Of a stretch of 64,000 bases of DNA, positions 49,569 to 59,282 are shown piece after piece; the first letter of the stretch is position 1; every line of letters starts with the position of its first letter. A program made the translations under genes and the position numbers. The notes beneath the pieces were generated by a model, which was given only the letters and a program-made list of their open reading frames with translations, was not told the DNA's origin and ran no database searches. Source of the DNA: a virus (lineage: Duplodnaviria > Caudoviricetes); IMG/VR virus record IMGVR_UViG_3300029288_000066, positions 128,001 to 192,000 of that record; one strand, given 5' to 3'.

Positions 49569-49594
49569 CGTATTTTTATTTTAAAGAACGATAT

Positions 49595-49630
49595 AAAAAA
49601 AGAAACCCGAATCTTTTTGGGATTCGGGTC
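49595..49630 (-). terminator. Attenuator terminator of Met/Gly/Ala/Pro/Tyr/Asp tRNA operon
   Basis: ACCCGAATC..GATTCGGGTTTCTTTTTTT; competes with CGGGTATGTTTA in leader. Confidence 0.85.
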
Positions 49631-49661
49631 TGTTTATTCCTTTTATAAGTTTACAACTTCA

Positions 49662-49772
49662 TTAAGGTTTAGTATTAAACATACCCGTCCCACATCCATA
49701 ATCGGCATCAATCGCTGATGGATAGCCGCCCATCGGAGTTACTTCTAAACGATATGTAAAATTCTGTTTCAC
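49662..49772 (-). CDS. Attenuation leader peptide MKQNFTYRLEVTPMGGYPSAIDADYGCGTGMFNTKP (GTG start)
   Basis: PMGGYPSAIDADYG contains all six amino acids of the downstream tRNAs. Confidence 0.87.
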   Translation of the reverse strand: MKQNFTYRLEVTPMGGYPSAIDADYGCGTGMFNTKP

Positions 49773-49832
49773 CTTTAATTAATTTTTATACTGTTGTTAC
49801 TATTAAATATCTCAAAAAAATGTTTTTCATTT

Positions 49833-49920
49833 CTCTTCTACGGCAAAGGTACAAAAAAAGTTACATCAAATGCAAGTTTTTTTTCGTTTATTTTTAAAAT
49901 AATTTTTAATTGATTGATTT
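49833..49920 (-). promoter_or_regulatory. Composite tRNA-operon promoter (repeat)
   Basis: TTGCATTTGATGTAACTTTTTTTGTACCTTTG. Confidence 0.75.
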
Positions 49921-49942
49921 ACAATACACTTATTTTTAAAAT

Positions 49943-50398
49943 TTATTTTGCTTTATCATCTATTTTTTGAAATTTTCTTAAATCTTTTTGAAAATTTCTT
50001 GAAAAAGAGTTGTAGGTTTTAATCATTTCATCAATTTTTTCCTGAGTAATTGGGTCACCGTTTGAAGAATTTCTACCCTGTTTAAGTTTCAAACTATCTT
50101 TTACGATTCTTCTTCTTAGATAATGATATCTGACCAAATTCTTTGTATAGCTTGATATAAAAGGCCACTTCTTTATTATCTGATATGATTTTTCTTCGTG
50201 ATTTGTAAATGAATAATTATATCCATCTGTCTTCAGTGTTGCTACAAAAGGTTTTCCAATATCATGCAATAGTGCGGCCACGCATAAGTCTGGCATAGCA
50301 AAGAGAAAATACCAAAACGCTCTTAATGTATGGACAAGTACAGAGTGTTTGTGATGGGTATTTTGTCTAATGAATAATGTGATAAAAAATTTTTTCAT
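49943..50398 (-). CDS. HD-domain protein
   Basis: HT...ALLHDIGK...HE...H. Confidence 0.8.
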   Translation of the reverse strand: MKKFFITLFIRQNTHHKHSVLVHTLRAFWYFLFAMPDLCVAALLHDIGKPFVATLKTDGYNYSFTNHEEKSYQIIKKWPFISSYTKNLVRYHYLRRRIVKDSLKLKQGRNSSNGDPITQEKIDEMIKTYNSFSRNFQKDLRKFQKIDDKAK

Positions 50399-50594
50399 TA
50401 GGGCTTCTTTTCCTTCTCTTCTTTTTTAGACCATTTTATTGAATAGTCGTAATCATCATTCATCCAGATAGCATAAAACTTGTTGTCACATGAATCACAT
50501 TTAAACCAATATCTTGTATCTATTGGATTCAAATCACCACCGCAGGTGTCAATTTTACCACCGCAGTCACATTTTATTTCCATGTTTATTGTAT

Positions 50595-52061
50595 TTACAA
50601 AGCTTCAACTTCAGTTAGATATTTTTCATCAAAGACAGGAGTTCCTCTATCGTCATCATCCTGTTCAAATCCAACAGGCTTTCTCTTATTCATTGATGAT
50701 TGTTCAGATGCATACTTCAAAATATTTTTAATATCATCCTTCATTCTTTCTTTTACAGTTTTTATAAGGCCAACATCTATATCTTTACCTTCACTTACGG
50801 CAAACGATGCAGATGATTGTGCCAACTCTTTTATTTCGGCACCAGACATCATGTTAATAAGCGGATACAATTCTTCTCTTATCTTTCTTCCAATTTTTGT
50901 TTTGTTGCCATTTTTATTGTTAAAAAGAATTTCATTAAAATAAATCTCAGCACACTTCATTGCATACTCTCCAGAAAGAACACCGAATTCAAGAATTCTA
51001 TCAACACGTCCTGGTCTTTTAAGGATTCTAGGTTCAATTTTATCTGGGTGATTGGTTGTCATTATTACATAAGAACCAAGCATGTTTTTTGGTTGGTCTA
51101 CGCCATCTAAGAAATTCAACAAAGCAGAATTCGCTTGTTGCAGAGTAGATTCTGCATCTTCCAGAATAACCAAAGTGCTTACTTTATGAGAAGCACATTT
51201 TGTCAAGTGCTGTGCAACATCTGATATATTTGTTGAGAACACTACACATTTATCAACTGCGAATTTTTTTGCAACTTTGATTGCTAAACTTGTTTTTCCT
51301 GTTCCTGGAGGACCCACCATTAAAGTCTTTCTTACACCCGTCATTCCAAACCTTGTAAATAAAGGAACATGTTCATAGTAATATGTAATGTCCTGCAATA
51401 AGGTCGCTGTTGATGGGTGAATTATTGGAGTTTCCTGTAAATCATCAAGTTTTTTATATGCAATGCCGCTTCCACCAGGACTAAAGATTCTATATATTCC
51501 ATTCTTGGGTTTTGAACTCTTTTTTCTTTCTTGTTTTATCATTTTAAGGAATTGCAACCACACACCTTGTTCTGCTGCGTACATCCCTTCAACAGAACGA
51601 CTCTTTCCAGCGCCGCTAATCCACTTTGAATAATACATGAAGGAACCGTCTGAAAAGATTATTTTAAACAATCCTGTGGTGTCCGTCACTTGTATGCTGT
51701 ATGTTTTGTGTTTTACAAGAGATACTCCAAAAGAATAGTTGGTTATCATTTCTGACTGAATTCTTTCTATCTCTTCAATATGAAATGATTTTCTCCCATA
51801 TCTTTTTGCTTCATATTTGGATTTGTTTAACATCGCAATGTCATAACTATCCGAATATTCAACAACTACAAACCCACAAAGTTCTTTTAACAATCCTGGG
51901 TTCTGTAAATTATCTTTCCATAGTTTTTCAACCTTTTCCTCAAGCTTCTGCTTCTTTTCTATGGTGAGGTTCTTTTCTTTTTTATAGAGATAGTCTCTGA
52001 TTTTGTCTTTCCGATACCTGATAAGCAATTCCTTGTAAATTGATTCTCTCAATGTTCCCAT
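50595..52061 (-). CDS. AAA+ ATPase
   Basis: GPPGTGKT, ILED, TTNH...RPGRVD. Confidence 0.9.
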   Translation of the reverse strand: MGTLRESIYKELLIRYRKDKIRDYLYKKEKNLTIEKKQKLEEKVEKLWKDNLQNPGLLKELCGFVVVEYSDSYDIAMLNKSKYEAKRYGRKSFHIEEIERIQSEMITNYSFGVSLVKHKTYSIQVTDTTGLFKIIFSDGSFMYYSKWISGAGKSRSVEGMYAAEQGVWLQFLKMIKQERKKSSKPKNGIYRIFSPGGSGIAYKKLDDLQETPIIHPSTATLLQDITYYYEHVPLFTRFGMTGVRKTLMVGPPGTGKTSLAIKVAKKFAVDKCVVFSTNISDVAQHLTKCASHKVSTLVILEDAESTLQQANSALLNFLDGVDQPKNMLGSYVIMTTNHPDKIEPRILKRPGRVDRILEFGVLSGEYAMKCAEIYFNEILFNNKNGNKTKIGRKIREELYPLINMMSGAEIKELAQSSASFAVSEGKDIDVGLIKTVKERMKDDIKNILKYASEQSSMNKRKPVGFEQDDDDRGTPVFDEKYLTEVEAL

Positions 52062-52392
52062 GTTTTAAAAAGTTTTTTTGGTTAGTAGTTAGTTGGTTAT
52101 TATCGTTTCCCTCTTTGTGCAGTAAACAATCTTGCTAGTAGAATTTCATTTTTATCATATAAGCCAGAAGGCCAATTATTGATTTTCCCGTTTACCATTA
52201 TTTCGATTTTTTCATTATTAAACATAAGGTAATACCCACTGGGAATAGTATAACTATTAAAGTCACATATATTGTGTTCAGCTATTTGACACCGTAGGTC
52301 GTTACTCTCGTGTTCATTAAGAAATCCTAAAGATTTCCCTTCACTATCAAAATGTTCAACGCATAGAACATCTATTTTGTTTGGTTGTATCA

Positions 52393-52878
52393 TTAAATTG
52401 TATTGTGAAATTCGAAAAGAGAAATCTTATACCCGCCAATATGAGATATTCTATTGTACATTCTTCCTGAATCTTCATCCATAACGGTATAAAGCTCTGT
52501 GTTAGATGAGGAAATAAAGCACTCAACTCCCCTATCTATTGCGCTTTTTACTTTCGCACCTTCTTCATTTTCTATTAACATTATTATTCCACAAATAGTT
52601 TTTTGGTCTCTATTCCAATAAACATCAACAATCATAAACGCAGGCTCTTTATCATCTTCGGCAACCTGTTCTCCATGTTCTGTAGGAATAACCAAAAATC
52701 CATCATTAAGCGTACCCACTGCTGCTCCTTGATCAACAAGGTCTGCTTTAAATTGTTCTATTGCTAATAATATATTTTCTTCATCAAGAAATGTATTGCC
52801 AGCTGGCCTTAATCTCTCAAGCTCCCCTTCGAGCATATATCCATCTTCTGACTTGTCAATTAATAATAATTTTGACAT
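52393..52878 (-). CDS. Degenerate gp21 prohead-protease-like protein
   Basis: AVGTL...GIIMLIENEEGAKVKSAIDRGVECFISS resembles T4 gp21 but the catalytic His region is not conserved. Confidence 0.4.
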   Translation of the reverse strand: MSKLLLIDKSEDGYMLEGELERLRPAGNTFLDEENILLAIEQFKADLVDQGAAVGTLNDGFLVIPTEHGEQVAEDDKEPAFMIVDVYWNRDQKTICGIIMLIENEEGAKVKSAIDRGVECFISSSNTELYTVMDEDSGRMYNRISHIGGYKISLFEFHNTI

Positions 52879-52887
52879 ATTGTGGTT

Positions 52888-53307
52888 TTAGTTTAATATA
52901 TTTCCTTTTAAACCGATAGGAAGTACGAGCTTACAACTGTCATTTTCAATAACTATTGTAACTGGCGCAATAGTTTTAGTTGCCATACTAAGGTTCACAT
53001 AAGTCATAGTTTTCGAGCCATCTGCATTATCAGTTACACTCTTCAGTTTTAACTTTGACATATTAGTAAACTTGTTTGTGTAGTACAACTTCAACGTTGC
53101 TTTACCATATTTTTTAACATCCGCAGAAGCAGTGAATTTTATCATCATATCATAGTTCGCTGTCTTTCTTAAAGACTGCATGAATGACATAAAATCAGAA
53201 CCATAAATAAATGCTGGATTTGAATACGGCTTTGTCTGTGCACTTGCATTGTTTCCTATCATTAAAGCAAAGATAGAAATAAAAACAATAATAACAAAAT
53301 TTTTCAT
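52888..53307 (-). CDS. Secreted hypothetical protein
   Basis: Signal peptide ending ASAQ. Confidence 0.6.
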   Translation of the reverse strand: MKNFVIIVFISIFALMIGNNASAQTKPYSNPAFIYGSDFMSFMQSLRKTANYDMMIKFTASADVKKYGKATLKLYYTNKFTNMSKLKLKSVTDNADGSKTMTYVNLSMATKTIAPVTIVIENDSCKLVLPIGLKGNILN

Positions 53308-53361
53308 AACATTTTTTTTAAAGTTTCTATTAATAGTATACGAAAAAAAGTCAAAAAAGTT

Positions 53362-53967
53362 TCACTTTACTGTAATATTCTTTTCCCAAAAAGCAACACT
53401 TTTTAGATATTTATCTCTATCCAATGGTACGCCAGAGCCCCCTTCTTCCATACCCAAAGCATTTCTCAGCATCGTTTCTGGCTTCATCGGCTCTTCGTTA
53501 GGATGCGACTGTCCTAAAATAGCCACAATTCCCCAATCTGCGTCAAACCCAAAAATCCCCGTTGCATCATCTTTCCCCTTTGCTTCTTTTTCAATTTGTT
53601 CTTTGCTGTAAAGAACAAGCATAAGCCATTTGGCTTTGGGTTTTCCTAATGGCAATTCCAACCATCTTGAGAACACTGGGAGTTCGTCGTCTTTTCTTGC
53701 TGAATATCCAGTTCTAATATATGGATAATTTTCCAGTGTTATTGGAAGCGACCCAACCCTGGCATCAGTAAAATTTTTAATTGGCCAAAGCTTGCAAAAT
53801 GAAGCATACCCATCTATCCATTCAAGCTTACCAAATCTTTGAATCTCGTAATCAACAATATCATCAATAACAACTTGAAATTCTTCAAGTGTACGGTCAA
53901 GAATTTTCGTTGCGCCAAACTTTGGGTCGAAATGTCTTTCTCCAAAGTCTGTTATTTTCATTTTCAT
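53362..53967 (-). CDS. DUF3228-like protein
   Basis: DGYASFCK...ELPVFSRW...PMKPETMLRNALG.EEGGSGVPLDR. Confidence 0.75.
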   Translation of the reverse strand: MKMKITDFGERHFDPKFGATKILDRTLEEFQVVIDDIVDYEIQRFGKLEWIDGYASFCKLWPIKNFTDARVGSLPITLENYPYIRTGYSARKDDELPVFSRWLELPLGKPKAKWLMLVLYSKEQIEKEAKGKDDATGIFGFDADWGIVAILGQSHPNEEPMKPETMLRNALGMEEGGSGVPLDRDKYLKSVAFWEKNITVK

Positions 53968-54458
53968 AGATAAATGTTTTCCCCATATACGAAAAAAATC
54001 AAGAAAGGTTACAAATAAAAAGCCCCACTGGTCGGCGGGGCTTTCTTTTAGTCTATTACGTAAACTATTTCTTTGTTTACCTCAGTTACATACTGCGGCT
54101 CTCTAAACAAATTTGGTCCTGGGTGTTGTGTCATTTCTGATACAAATATTTCCACCTTTTCTTTCATCAAATTTTCTGCGATACAATACCAACCATCACT
54201 AATTCTCCTTGCATTCGTTAACGCAACAAGTTGATAATTATTATACCTTTCGCACTCAAAGAAAACGTCTCCTTTTCTAATGTTTTTTACTTCTAAATAA
54301 GTATCTGACCATTCTTCGTTTAGGTCAAAATTTTTTGGTCTTAAAATCTTTACTAATTGTTCCATAACTATTATATTTTTTGTTTTATATAAATAGTCAA
54401 ATAATTCAGAAAAGACGGGGTTTTCAGAAGAAAAAAGTATTAAAAAATAAAATTTTAT

Positions 54459-55265
54459 TTACTTGGTTTTCAACACTCTCACAGGTCTATCAATTGTTCT
54501 GTGAATATCCCAATACTTTGGCATGAATTTTGGTTTCATATTTTCCAAAAAATCACCTCTCCACATCTCCACAAATTTTTGTATATCGGTTACTTTTGAC
54601 ATGACTTCTCTGCCATGATTACTGTGAAATTCATTATAATCCTTTTGACTTATTTTAGAGAGCTTTTCTATTTCTTCTATTGGAACAAAATCTTCCTCAT
54701 ATCCTAATATTGAAGATATGTTTTCAAGAAGCTCCATTTTCCTTTCTTCTGGCATCATTGCACTATTCAGCGTGAAAGCTTTTGATAATTTTATGGCTTT
54801 TACAAAATTTGATTGTGAGTTGCAAAGCGGAACTACATACTGTTCAGATATTTTTTCTTTTAATCTTGAAGCATATATGTTTTCGTACTCATCGTGACAT
54901 GGCCTGCAAATACAAACAACATCATGACTCGTGGCAACCTTTAACTTCTTAGGAAAATGCTTTTTGTATAATGAAGGAACAATATGGTGCTTTGTAAGCA
55001 AATCCAACTCTTCTACTCCGCAAACTACACAAATGTTTTTCTTTTGAGTTAAGGCAAATTCATCACCATGCCAACCTACGCCAGCGGGGGTAAAGTTCAA
55101 TTTTATAATAGGGGGCTCTTCGGAAACAATGTCTGCTAAATCCCTAGACAAATACCAATTTGCTTTTCTAGTTGTACATCTGAACATTTCAAACCCCTGC
55201 GGATGAAGCACCAGCCAGTTACCATAAATCACATTTACTCTCTTAGTAGTTTCTTGCATAACCAT
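54459..55265 (-). CDS. HNH-like protein (EXD2 C-terminal-like)
   Basis: KANWYL...CVVCG...HHIVP...SHDVVCIC..CH. Confidence 0.65.
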   Translation of the reverse strand: MVMQETTKRVNVIYGNWLVLHPQGFEMFRCTTRKANWYLSRDLADIVSEEPPIIKLNFTPAGVGWHGDEFALTQKKNICVVCGVEELDLLTKHHIVPSLYKKHFPKKLKVATSHDVVCICRPCHDEYENIYASRLKEKISEQYVVPLCNSQSNFVKAIKLSKAFTLNSAMMPEERKMELLENISSILGYEEDFVPIEEIEKLSKISQKDYNEFHSNHGREVMSKVTDIQKFVEMWRGDFLENMKPKFMPKYWDIHRTIDRPVRVLKTK

Positions 55266-55762
55266 TATTCGCTATTCTTAATAACTTTCCCATTAAGAGT
55301 GTGAGTGCAACAAGAACAAAGTGAAAGTTCACATTTTGCATTTTTATCAATAAACTGAAGAATTCCATTTTCATCTACTGTTAATGAGTGATACATTGAG
55401 CCTTCTCCCAAGCGAACAATAGGTGGCACTTTCCCATGAAGTGGATGAACAATTGTTAAATCAGGATATACCAAATAAAAGATATTTTTTTCGCCTTCTT
55501 TTCCATTAAGCCTAGAAACAGCCTCTGCATGCACATCATTCCATGGCTTCCCCACTTTCGATTGTAAAAATCTGTATAATGGAGTATAATCATATCCCAG
55601 ATTGTTTTTTGGATTCATATTTTTTTTATTTCCTTGGAAATTTTTCATTTCCTTTGTATGCCTTTCGTGTCTGAAGTCACCACCTTTTATTACATAATAG
55701 TGTGTACTAAGAGATGATTTATTCTCTTTTCTAAACAACGGTTTTTTTCTATCTTGTTTCAT
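55265..55762 (-). CDS. Hypothetical protein
   Basis: YDYTPLYRFLQSKVGKPW..V...CSCCTHT. Confidence 0.55.
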   Translation of the reverse strand: MKQDRKKPLFRKENKSSLSTHYYVIKGGDFRHERHTKEMKNFQGNKKNMNPKNNLGYDYTPLYRFLQSKVGKPWNDVHAEAVSRLNGKEGEKNIFYLVYPDLTIVHPLHGKVPPIVRLGEGSMYHSLTVDENGILQFIDKNAKCELSLCSCCTHTLNGKVIKNSE

Positions 55763-55794
55763 ATAGATTTATACGAGAAAAACTAGAATAAGTT

Positions 55795-57261
55795 TCAATC
55801 TTTTTCTTTGGGAAAAATACTTCCATTTCCTGCGGGAGGTGCTTGCGCTTGGAAATTACCTATTTCAATTTGGTTGGCTTCGTCAAATACTCCTCTTTTT
55901 ATAACCTCTTTGTTTGCTCTAAACTCTCTTATAACACCTCTTACTGTAAACGGGTGTTCTAACGGTTCCCAGTTTTTAATTAATTTTGAATCTGATGGTG
56001 CATATTTAAATCCTAAAGTAATGTGTTGAAATTCGTTGTCAGAAAAATAGTCCCCAGAGACACCAAGAGCAACTGCATCGTCTGATATTCCAAAAGTTTC
56101 AATATTAAGCACAACTTCTTTATCTAAATCTCTTTTAAATCGCAACGGGAGCTCTCCTAAGCCTATGGTCATGTGATAATCTAATGTTCCATCTTTAAAA
56201 GCAGGCCTGGTAAAAAATCTTTCTGGAATTTTTCCTTGTGCTTTTAAAGAATCATAAACATCGCTTATTTTCTTTTTCTCGGACTCATCTTCAATTGAAA
56301 CTGCTGTAAATGCAGCAGTTGGAATCTGCTGTTTTAGTTTGACTTCTCTTATTTCTTTAACTTTGTCAAAGAATTCTCGATGGAATTCATCATATCCTTT
56401 ATCAGATAATTTTGCAATAGGATTTGCTTTTATTTCCAAATTAACACTTAATGGAACATTTAATATTTTTGCAGCACAATATCTGTGATGTCCATCTTCA
56501 ATATAAAATTTTCTTCCATCAAAACTTACATCAATAGGTTCAGATAAATTAATCTTCTTAGCCCATTCAGTTTTTGAAATTCCCTTTTTTTGATTATTAG
56601 CAATTTCCCATATAACGTTTTCAAAATCGTCTTTCCATTTAATAGAAAGCTGTTTGGGCATCAAACTTTTCACACTTTCTTCTGTAAATCCAAAAGCAGC
56701 TAAATCAAGAGCTTCGGTTGAAAACCCTCCGCTTCTTAACAATTCTTCTGATGTATTATGTTTCTTTGCTTCTTTTTCTAGCATCTGAAACCCTATCGAC
56801 TGTGGAGTGTTCTTTTTTTTTGTATATACTAATTTATCAATTTCCTCTCGTATAATTTGTTTTATAATGTTACGTGCTTCATTTGTTGTTCCATATTTAT
56901 CAATAGCTCTCAGCACTGTTTCATTGTCAAACAAATCATATATAAAATTATATTTCCTGGTTTCTTTATAAACTCCACCACCGCCAGGCAGTTGTGTATA
57001 TGGTTTCCCAGTTGGAAAATCTTGAAATAAAACTTTTGATAAATAATAGTCTTTTAAAAAAATATGATTTTTTGTTTTTTCGTGTTGTCTTGGGTCATGA
57101 GACTTAAGCCAATCTTTTTGTTCATCACTTAATTTGTTTACTTTAAAAACCTCTTTTGTATTATCGAACCCAACAAATCTAGAATCTGGATATTCATAAG
57201 CAACACTCAGTATATATAAATCTGCTCCTTTTTTGTAAAGAGCAAAGCCCTTATTTGTCAT
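55795..57261 (-). CDS. Multidomain late protein: ParB-like plus 2H-phosphoesterase
   Basis: IEDGHHR; YHMT...QHIT; internal IKQIIREEI. Confidence 0.65.
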   Translation of the reverse strand: MTNKGFALYKKGADLYILSVAYEYPDSRFVGFDNTKEVFKVNKLSDEQKDWLKSHDPRQHEKTKNHIFLKDYYLSKVLFQDFPTGKPYTQLPGGGGVYKETRKYNFIYDLFDNETVLRAIDKYGTTNEARNIIKQIIREEIDKLVYTKKKNTPQSIGFQMLEKEAKKHNTSEELLRSGGFSTEALDLAAFGFTEESVKSLMPKQLSIKWKDDFENVIWEIANNQKKGISKTEWAKKINLSEPIDVSFDGRKFYIEDGHHRYCAAKILNVPLSVNLEIKANPIAKLSDKGYDEFHREFFDKVKEIREVKLKQQIPTAAFTAVSIEDESEKKKISDVYDSLKAQGKIPERFFTRPAFKDGTLDYHMTIGLGELPLRFKRDLDKEVVLNIETFGISDDAVALGVSGDYFSDNEFQHITLGFKYAPSDSKLIKNWEPLEHPFTVRGVIREFRANKEVIKRGVFDEANQIEIGNFQAQAPPAGNGSIFPKEKD

Positions 57262-57595
57262 AATTTTTATTTACTATAAATATAACAAAAAAGGAGATTT
57301 TCATCTCCTCACATAATTGTTCTTTTTAGGTGTTGACCTTTTAATTAACGACTTAAATCCCCCAAATACCATATTGATTGGAATCCAAAATGGGGCGGTA
57401 AGCACAGCCCATTTGAGAATAAAAAAAATAAAATAAGCAACAGCTGACACCAAAAGACATGCATATAACCACCCTTGGCTAAATACATCAACGTCATATT
57501 GGAATAAGCTCCACAAAAGTTTAAGGTATTGATTAAAAATTTCTTCCATAATTTTGAGTTTTTAATGTTTACGCAAATATATGAAAAAAGTTGCA

Positions 57596-57904
57596 CTAAT
57601 CATATTTATCCATAAAATATTTTAGAAGAAGATAAGATACATAGCAAACAAAGCTGCTTGCAAATCCATAACATATATTGAATAAATCGCTCCACATAAG
57701 GTTTGAGAATTCCCCGCCGTGCCACATAAATAAAGCTCTAATTATTAAACCAATCCAAAACCCCATACATTGTGGGCATTTCAATAACTTTCCCAGCTTT
57801 GGGCTTATAGAGCTTGCTTTATCTCGTATAGGCTTGAGCAAATACGATATGTTAATTATAAATGTGGCTCCCAGACAGGAAAGAAAAAATAATAATAATT
57901 CCAT
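57596..57904 (-). CDS. Membrane protein, DUF1360-like
   Basis: LLKCPQCMGFW. Confidence 0.6.
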   Translation of the reverse strand: MELLLFFLSCLGATFIINISYLLKPIRDKASSISPKLGKLLKCPQCMGFWIGLIIRALFMWHGGEFSNLMWSDLFNICYGFASSFVCYVSYLLLKYFMDKYD

Positions 57905-58102
57905 AAATTTATTTAGCTGAAGTCTCTTCAGCATCACCTACGAACCGCCGCAACAATGTGTAACTGGCCTTAAGAAAAATTTAATTGTTACCATAATGTA
58001 AAGGTTTTTATATAAATATAGCCAAAAATAAAAAAAAGTAAACATTAAGCGGTCTTATTTTAAAAAAAACTACTATTTATATAAAACAAAAATCCTAATC
58101 CT

Positions 58103-58486
58103 ATGAAAACAGAAGAATTAAAACAAATAATTTTAAAAGAGGCCATATACATCAAAAACCTTATCGAAGAAAAGAAACAAATTGAAGAGGCTTTGAAAAA
58201 CCTGGAAGAAGGTAAAAAAATAGAAGACGAAGGTGTTGGAATCGGAAAAAGTCTTGCCAATAAAAAAAGTGTTAACAAAAGATTGGATGACCCACACAGA
58301 TTAAAAGAAGAAGAAGAAGCGGTGGAAGATGAAAGCCTTGATGAAGTTACAGGCATTGGTCTTGGCGTAAGCAAAAGAGCAGAAAACAGAAGAGATGAAT
58401 TGAACGAATCTATAATTCTTTGTAGAAAAGCTGTTAGAGAACAACTTTACGAGTCTTATGGACTTAATGACCTAAAAAAGTCTTAG
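58103..58486 (+). CDS. Acidic late protein
   Basis: LKQIILKEA; TATTTATA upstream. Confidence 0.55.
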   Translation: MKTEELKQIILKEAIYIKNLIEEKKQIEEALKNLEEGKKIEDEGVGIGKSLANKKSVNKRLDDPHRLKEEEEAVEDESLDEVTGIGLGVSKRAENRRDELNESIILCRKAVREQLYESYGLNDLKKS

Positions 58487-58529
58487 TTAAAAATGACATT
58501 GGTAAAAACCCCCAACTAAGGGGGTTTTT

Positions 58530-59216
58530 TTATGCCATTAATTTATCATAAAGCCACTTTGTTCCCCTAGTCGCTTTGTCTACAATAAAAGTTCTGCCTT
58601 CTGCTGGGGCTAAGTTAACATTATTTGGGTCAATTACATAAATTTGTTCTCCATGAAAATATTTAATTAAATCTGCCGCAGGAAAAACAACCAAAGAAGT
58701 TCCAACTATAATTAAAAAATCCGCATTTTCCATTGCTTTCATGGCTTTTTTGAATTCTCCCGTAGGCAAAGACTCTCCAAACAACACAGTGTTGTGACGC
58801 AACTGAGAATTATCATCAGCTTTATCTCCAAGTTTAATATCGCCACTTAAAGGATATGTTTTGTTAGGGTTCATTGAACTCTTTGATTCAGCTATATTTC
58901 CGTGAACGTGAATTACATTTGTCGACCCACCTCTTTCGTGTAGGTTGTCTATATTTTGTGTGACAACCGTTACATCATATCTTTCTTCCAGCTTTGCCAG
59001 GGTTTTATGCGCATCGTTTGGCTCACACTTTGAGAACTCTTTTGCAAATTCATTGTGAAATTTTAAAACTTTCTCCTTATCTTTTTTCCATCCAGACATA
59101 GAGGCCACCTCATCAGCAATGTGTTTATTCCAAAGACCTTCATTATCTCTGAATGTCGGAATTCCACTTTCTGCAGATATGCCCGCACCTGTAAAAACTA
59201 CAATTTTCTTTTTCAT
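58530..59216 (-). CDS. cobB: NAD-dependent deacylase (Sir2 family)
   Basis: GAGISAESGIPTFR, TQNID, HG, GTS. Confidence 0.92.
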   Translation of the reverse strand: MKKKIVVFTGAGISAESGIPTFRDNEGLWNKHIADEVASMSGWKKDKEKVLKFHNEFAKEFSKCEPNDAHKTLAKLEERYDVTVVTQNIDNLHERGGSTNVIHVHGNIAESKSSMNPNKTYPLSGDIKLGDKADDNSQLRHNTVLFGESLPTGEFKKAMKAMENADFLIIVGTSLVVFPAADLIKYFHGEQIYVIDPNNVNLAPAEGRTFIVDKATRGTKWLYDKLMA

Positions 59217-59282
59217 AAATTATTTTTTTTCTTATACGTAGTTAAAAATAAAAAGTTAAAAAAAAGGAACTATTTATATTCA

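Noticed and set aside
11760-49780. T-box riboswitch explanation for the tRNA operon leaders
   Set aside because: No UGGNACC T-box or Stem I motifs seen; open leader ORFs with matching codons explain the layout
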